Of a stretch of 64,000 bases of DNA, positions 58,936-64,000 are shown in pieces. The notes beneath the pieces were generated by a model. The model ran no database searches and had not been told where the DNA came from. It saw only the letters and a program-made list of their open reading frames with translations. This DNA is from an uncultured Granulosicoccaceae bacterium (lineage in GTDB: Bacteria; Pseudomonadota; Gammaproteobacteria; Granulosicoccales; Granulosicoccaceae): positions 156,920 through 220,919 of the forward strand of contig CALGLE010000004.1 of NCBI GenBank assembly GCA_937930305.1, read 5' to 3'. How positions within the stretch are numbered: the stretch's first letter is position 1; every line of letters begins with the position of its first letter. The position numbers were made by a program, and so were the translations under genes.

Positions 58936-59271
58936 ATGAGTAAGACCAACGTGGTTGAGCGCCCGAACCGGCGCCCCAGTGATGTATCGGATTTAGTGTA
59001 CGTTGCTGACAGCGAAATCCATGGCAAAGGCCTGTTTGCCGCCGTTGATATAAAGAAAAATACCTTAATTGGCGAGCTGCTCGGAACACCGACCCGCAAA
59101 GACGGCACCTATGTGTTGTGGCTAACAAAGAAGTTAGGGCTGCGGTTAAAAAATGATTTACGTTTTATAAACCACGGGAAAAAACCCAATTGCGAACTCT
59201 CCGATATTGATGTCGTTACGGTTCGCTCCATAAAAAAAGACGAAGAATTGTTACACGACTACGGTTGGTAA
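58936..59271 (+). CDS. Small SET-domain protein (putative lysine methyltransferase)
   Basis: 'SEIHGKGLFA', 'RFINHG..PN', 'EELLHDYG'. Confidence 0.88.
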   Translation: MSKTNVVERPNRRPSDVSDLVYVADSEIHGKGLFAAVDIKKNTLIGELLGTPTRKDGTYVLWLTKKLGLRLKNDLRFINHGKKPNCELSDIDVVTVRSIKKDEELLHDYGW

Positions 59272-59280
59272 CCAAAGAGC

Positions 59281-60408
59281 GTGAGCGCCATTGAGTCATT
59301 GCGGCATGGCCTTGGCCTTGGCCTTGGTTATCGGCTAGCGTGTTCATTGATTGCTGCTGCGATGTTGATCGCGTGCCATCCGGACACGGCAACGAAAGTG
59401 GTTGAATGGCAGGGGCCCACAATGGGCACGCAGTGGCAAATAAGTTTAGGTACTCAGAACGAGGCTTTTGAGACGCTGCGAAAACCTGAATCAACGCTCT
59501 CGGTTGCTGTACAGCTTGCCGTGGTGCAAGAGCTCGAACGCATCAATGCATTGATGTCTACCTGGGATCCAACGTCTGAATTGTCTTTGTTTAACGCTAA
59601 TCGCTCGCTAAAGCCCGTAACCTTGCACCCTGATACCCTAGCGGTTCTTCAACAGGCACTCACCGTTTCTGAGGCCACCGATGGGGCCTATGATGTTACC
59701 CGTGGGAATGTTTTCAAACTGTGGGGCTTTAGTCGTGATACGCCGCAACCCACCCCGCCGTCGCTGTCCGACTTGGCCCAGGCCTTAGCGCAATCGGGTT
59801 GGCAGAGCATCGACATTTCTGCCAACGCGGTGTCAAAACGTTTTCCAGCAACCACCATCGATCTCTCATCAATAGCCAAGGGCTTTGCGGTTGATCGCAT
59901 TGGAGAATTACTCGAGCAGAAGGGTATCAGTCACTATGTGGTGAACATAGGTGGTGAAATACGAACACGCGGAGAACAATCTGAGAACAGGCCGTGGCGA
60001 ATAGGGGTAGAGCAGCCGAACGCCAGTTCACCTACTGGACTGGAATTAACGGATGCACATGTGGCCACATCCGGCAGTTATCGCAATGTGCGCATTATCG
60101 ATGGCCGCCGGGTATCGCATTTGATCGATGGCCGTTCCGGACAACCCACAGACCACAATTTGGTGGCTGTCACGCTGCTACACGAGTCCACTCAGTTGGC
60201 TGATGCTTGGGCCACCGCTTTTATGGTACTGGGCGTAAAAGATGCCAAAGCGTATGCCATTGAGCATGCCTTGGCGGTGCAGCTGACGCTGCTAGAAGAA
60301 CCTAAGGAGGGTGTTGAAAAACCCCCTCAATTTTCTCTATGGGCCAGTCCGAAATGGGGTGAGCTGGAGTCTGTTGCTATGCCTAGCCGGAGCGCTGTGC
60401 GGGAGTGA
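59281..60408 (+). CDS. apbE: FAD:protein FMN transferase ApbE
   Basis: Lipobox 'LIAC', 'GPTMGT', 'MSTWDPTSELS.FN', 'DLSSIAKGFAVD', 'GGE', 'ATSGSY', 'ADAWATA'. Confidence 0.93.
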   Translation: MSAIESLRHGLGLGLGYRLACSLIAAAMLIACHPDTATKVVEWQGPTMGTQWQISLGTQNEAFETLRKPESTLSVAVQLAVVQELERINALMSTWDPTSELSLFNANRSLKPVTLHPDTLAVLQQALTVSEATDGAYDVTRGNVFKLWGFSRDTPQPTPPSLSDLAQALAQSGWQSIDISANAVSKRFPATTIDLSSIAKGFAVDRIGELLEQKGISHYVVNIGGEIRTRGEQSENRPWRIGVEQPNASSPTGLELTDAHVATSGSYRNVRIIDGRRVSHLIDGRSGQPTDHNLVAVTLLHESTQLADAWATAFMVLGVKDAKAYAIEHALAVQLTLLEEPKEGVEKPPQFSLWASPKWGELESVAMPSRSAVRE

Positions 60409-60414
60409 GGGCGG

Positions 60415-60430
60415 TGGATCGCTTGTTGCA
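60415..60430 (+). promoter_or_regulatory. Weak candidate sigma54 promoter for the GAF-HlyD / M50-HlyD operon
   Basis: TGGATCGcttgTTGCA: GG(60416-60417)-N10-GC(60428-60429), two mismatches in the -24 element. Confidence 0.3.
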
Positions 60431-60475
60431 TTCTTTGAGACTTAAGTTTCAACGTGCCAATCGAGCGGTTTATCT

Positions 60476-62257
60476 ATGGGCGATGTGCAAGGAGCATCAC
60501 GCTCCCAAATTCCAGCTGCAGTATCTGCCAACCAACAATCTTTAACTCGGGTCTCTGGTCGATGGTTGCGTTGGCAATGTCAGTTGCTGAGCAGCGTGCG
60601 CTTCGGTGCTGTCGTTGATTTAACGGGTCTTGGCACCGGTGCGGGAATTCGCTCACAGATGCTGATTACATCGATTGGCACGGCGGCCGTACCCTTAATC
60701 GTGGTGGGTGATCCCAATAGTTACCATCAAAATTCCGCTATGGGCGTCACCTATTGGCAAGTGCCAGTTAAGATTCCAGGTAAATCCTTGTGTGTTCTAT
60801 TGCACGTGTCCGAATTGAATGAACAAGAACGACTGGCTGCTGATCGATTGCTGCGTTGGGGTGTGTTGAATTTCACTGACTGGCTTGCGGATGCGCAAGT
60901 GGTTGCCGCTCAATCATTACCGCCGCTTCGGCTGATGCTATCGCATAAGAATTTAGAACAATCGGCTGCGCGCTGGGTTGATGACTTGCAATTTCGCACA
61001 CAAGCCTCCCGCATTAGTGTCGCTTGGGATGAGGGTGGAAGAACACGATTACTGGCGATATCGGGTGTTCCTGCGTTGGATATTCGTCGCGCTTTACCGC
61101 GTGCGTTAACCGGGGCCTTGGTTGAAAGTATGCAGGCGGAAAAAATCATCCGTTATCCTAACAAAGTGCCTTCGGCTATTGATTTAATCAAACATCAACA
61201 ACTGCACGAGTGTCATGGCGAGCACCACATACTCTCGCTGCCCTTGGAGCACAACAGTGTGTGTGTTGGGTCGTTGCTGCTTGAATTTGATTCGGACAAT
61301 GAAGAGCTGTTTGATGTAGAGAGCCTACAACAAGAAGTTACGATGGCCGTTCCGGTGTTGGTCACGCTCAGCGATACTAAGCCAGGAATTCTGTCGTCTT
61401 TTAGGCGAATTTTGAACCGATGCCATCAGCGCTTATTTAAGCCCGACACACAACGTCAAAAAATAGCGGCGCTGGCCACATTTGGTTTTCTGTTGTTGGC
61501 GTTGTTGTTTCCATTCCCACAGCACGCCAGTGTGCAGGGCAAAATTCAAGGGGCTGATCGTCAAGTATTAGCAGCCACACACGCAGGGTATTTGCTGTCC
61601 GCATCCGCTCGGGCTGGAGACCCAGTCCGTGCTGGGCAAGTGTTGGCGCAGTTTGATCACACGCGCATGAATCTCGAACGCGATACTTGGGTGAGTGAAT
61701 TGACACGGCTTGATGCTGCGTTAGTGCAAGCGATGTCAGCACGAGATCGTTCAGCCATAGGCCGGTTGAGGGCAGAGCAAGCCGCCGCATCGGCAGAATT
61801 GGAATTAATGGATCATCATATTAACGAATCAGACATTATCGCGCCCTTTGATGGCATTTTAGTCAGTGGGGACTTGGATGATCGACTGGGCAGTTCCGTT
61901 TCAGCGGGTGAAGCCTTATTTCAAATTGCTTCCTTGAACGATTACACGTTGCAATTGGATGTGCCAGAACAATTAGCTGCGGATGTATCACAGGGCTCGG
62001 AAGGTAAGATGCGTTTTGCTGCCTTTCCTTCAAAGGCTTATGATTTCTCAGTCGATACCTTAGTACCGGTGGCCATTCCACAAGAGGGTGCAAACGTATT
62101 TCGAATGCGGGCTGCATTAAACGGGGATACCTCGCAGATTCGTCCCGGCATGACGGGGGTGGCGAAAATTTCCATTGGCCAGCGCTCGTTAATTTCTCGC
62201 AGCTTAGATCTGTTGCGCCATCGTTTGCGATATTGGTGGTGGTCGTTCGGTGCTTAA
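60476..62257 (+). CDS. GAF-like domain + HlyD/RND periplasmic adaptor fusion
   Basis: GAF-like segment 'SLPLEHNSVCVGSLLLE', one internal TM 'LLALLFPFP', lipoyl halves 'ASARAGDPVRAGQVL' and 'IIAPFDGILVSGDL', 'IRPGMTGVAKI'. Confidence 0.8.
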   Translation: MGDVQGASRSQIPAAVSANQQSLTRVSGRWLRWQCQLLSSVRFGAVVDLTGLGTGAGIRSQMLITSIGTAAVPLIVVGDPNSYHQNSAMGVTYWQVPVKIPGKSLCVLLHVSELNEQERLAADRLLRWGVLNFTDWLADAQVVAAQSLPPLRLMLSHKNLEQSAARWVDDLQFRTQASRISVAWDEGGRTRLLAISGVPALDIRRALPRALTGALVESMQAEKIIRYPNKVPSAIDLIKHQQLHECHGEHHILSLPLEHNSVCVGSLLLEFDSDNEELFDVESLQQEVTMAVPVLVTLSDTKPGILSSFRRILNRCHQRLFKPDTQRQKIAALATFGFLLLALLFPFPQHASVQGKIQGADRQVLAATHAGYLLSASARAGDPVRAGQVLAQFDHTRMNLERDTWVSELTRLDAALVQAMSARDRSAIGRLRAEQAAASAELELMDHHINESDIIAPFDGILVSGDLDDRLGSSVSAGEALFQIASLNDYTLQLDVPEQLAADVSQGSEGKMRFAAFPSKAYDFSVDTLVPVAIPQEGANVFRMRAALNGDTSQIRPGMTGVAKISIGQRSLISRSLDLLRHRLRYWWWSFGA

Positions 62258-64000
62258 TACAGAACCTCAAACAACTTGGGAGCATCTCTCCCAGCTTCGC
62301 CCGTCGATGGCCGCACATGTTTTTTGGCACGAGCAAACGCAAGGTGGTACCACTTGGTTTGTGCTGCAAAATGAAGCTACCGGTGAACACGCCCGCTTCA
62401 ACGCGACGGCGCATGCGATCATTTCTCGGCTAGATGGGCGTCACAACTTAAGCCAGATATTTAAAGCGGTGGATGCCTTACCGTTTACTCAATGCGATCA
62501 GACAATGTTAGTGGAGCTCATGAAAAAGCTTCAGCGCATGGGGGCATTAAAAGGTGCGGAATTTATAGATTCTAGTACGATGCGTGATGAGCATGAAGCC
62601 TTGGGAAAACGCGGGCAAATGAAACGTTGGCTAAATCCGTTGGCTGTGCGCATTAATTTATTTGACCCCGACCACATACTGACACGAGTCGCCCCTAAAT
62701 TTAAGCCACTGTTTCATCGGGCGACAGCTTGGGTTTGGTGCTTAGTTACGGCCCTTGCTTTGGTTTTATTGGTGAGCGGGTGGTCGGAAGTTAAGCAGGA
62801 GTTTTTAACCCGCACCTTGCGTGTACAAACGCTATGGTGGTTTGCCCTGTTATATCCGGGTATGAAAGTGTTGCACGAATTTGCTCACGCGCTGTGTATC
62901 AAGCACTGGGGCGGGCAAGTGCGTGATGTAGGCATTTCATTTTTATTGTTAGTACCCGTGCCGTACGTGGATGCAACGGATGTATATAGCTCCCACACGC
63001 GTCGGCAACGTATGATACTAACTGCCGCTGGCATGTGCACTGAACTATTTATCGCAGCTATTGCCTTGGTGTTTTGGTTTTGGGTTGAGCCCGGTTATAC
63101 CCGGGATGCGCTGTTTTCTATGTTTATCATCGGCGGATTAACCACGCTGTTGTTTAACGCCAATCCTTTGTTGAAATTTGATGGCTATTACCTATTGCAG
63201 GACGCGCTGGATATTCCTAATTTAGCCGCTAGAGCAACCGTTTGGTTGCGTTATATTGTAAAAAGTCGGGTGTTTGGCGTGCAGCAGCTCTCCAAGCCTT
63301 ACTTATCAAAGCGAGAGTCGGTGTGGTTAACGCTGTATGGAGTAGCCGTTATCTTATATAAGCCAATACTGACTCTCACCATTATTATTTTTCTCTGGCG
63401 TGAGCATCCGTTGTTAGGCATCGTGCTCGCGGGTTTTGCATTGTTTCATCAATGGCTATGGCCATCAGTGAAGGGGGTTCAATGGTTAGTGCAATCGGAA
63501 CAGCTTCATGGTCAACGTCCACGGGCAATAGCCTTAGTGTTTTGTTCTGTTTGTGTGCTTGCAACGTTACTGCTCATTCCTTTGCCTTCATCAACGAAAG
63601 CTCAAGGGATTGTGTCTGCGTCTGAACAGGGTGAGGTGTTTTCAAAATCTAGTGGGTTAATTCGTGCCGTTCATATTCCACCGGGGGCCGAAGTGAAACA
63701 AGGGGATAAGCTAGTAACGCTAATCAACCCCAGTATTAACCGAGATCTGCAAATTATCAACGCGGAAATTGACGCCTTAAAAACTGATCAGGTTGCGAAT
63801 ATAAAGCGTGCATCTAATTTGCAGTCGATGGATCATGCCACAGCTAAAGCTGAGCGAATCCGCTTAAAAACCAATCGAGATGAATTGCTTAAGCGCTTCG
63901 ATGCCTTAGTGATAACCGCGAAGCAAGATGGTGTGTTTGCACCTTTGGAAGACCTATTACCAGGGCGACACGTTAAACAAGGTGAACGTATCGGCTATGT
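62250..64000 (+). CDS. PqqD-like N-domain + M50 (site-2) metalloprotease + HlyD adaptor fusion; 3'-truncated by the window
   Basis: Translated by hand from GTG 62250, open to the window end: 'LHEFAH' (His codon 62874), 'VPYVDAT', 'AAGMCTE', 'FNANPLLKFDGYY', then lipoyl half 'HIPPGAEVKQGDKL' and coiled coil; absent from the ORF track because it has no stop. Confidence 0.88.
   Translation, partial: MLNTEPQTTWEHLSQLRPSMAAHVFWHEQTQGGTTWFVLQNEATGEHARFNATAHAIISRLDGRHNLSQIFKAVDALPFTQCDQTMLVELMKKLQRMGALKGAEFIDSSTMRDEHEALGKRGQMKRWLNPLAVRINLFDPDHILTRVAPKFKPLFHRATAWVWCLVTALALVLLVSGWSEVKQEFLTRTLRVQTLWWFALLYPGMKVLHEFAHALCIKHWGGQVRDVGISFLLLVPVPYVDATDVYSSHTRRQRMILTAAGMCTELFIAAIALVFWFWVEPGYTRDALFSMFIIGGLTTLLFNANPLLKFDGYYLLQDALDIPNLAARATVWLRYIVKSRVFGVQQLSKPYLSKRESVWLTLYGVAVILYKPILTLTIIIFLWREHPLLGIVLAGFALFHQWLWPSVKGVQWLVQSEQLHGQRPRAIALVFCSVCVLATLLLIPLPSSTKAQGIVSASEQGEVFSKSSGLIRAVHIPPGAEVKQGDKLVTLINPSINRDLQIINAEIDALKTDQVANIKRASNLQSMDHATAKAERIRLKTNRDELLKRFDALVITAKQDGVFAPLEDLLPGRHVKQGERIGY

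Noticed and set aside
59308-59325. (GGCCTT)x3 repeat at the apbE 5' end
   Set aside because: Only three in-frame hexamer units (GLGLGL), possibly upstream of the true start; too short to imply phase variation.

Overview
This is a 64 kb chromosomal segment of a roughly 50% GC gammaproteobacterium, probably marine. The gene content is Granulosicoccus/Chromatiales-like, but that assignment is inference only. The right two-thirds is mostly core genome: purL, msrPQ, mdh, nrdR, ndk-rlmN-pilW-hisS-yfgM-bamB-der, cysZ, smc-zipA-ligA, dapB, fabD-fabG-acpP-fabF-mltG-tmk-holB-pilZ. The left third and both ends are accessory. They hold (i) an orphan HlyD-type adaptor + hybrid kinase with two Hpt domains + REC-GGDEF-EAL operon behind a sigma54-type promoter; (ii) a leader-peptide/terminator/antiterminator attenuator in front of an HNH-rtcB-DUF1643 operon in which both HNH and RtcB have lost their catalytic cores by internal deletion; (iii) a Liv-family ABC uptake operon with thioesterase, RidA and Lrp-domain genes; (iv) a DUF222-HNH gene carrying a 21-nt palindrome-containing sequence once upstream and once inside its own reading frame, abutting the 3' end of a complete tmRNA gene (17770-18145, tag ANDDNYAMAA); (v) a PruR-like periplasmic protein coupled to a hybrid histidine kinase; (vi) a DUF4011 protein with no helicase motifs; and (vii) at the right edge, a GAF-HlyD adaptor and a PqqD-like/M50-protease/HlyD fusion that runs off the window. 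No CRISPR array, rRNA, tRNA, integrase or transposase was seen. All family assignments come from motif recognition by eye; no database searches were run.
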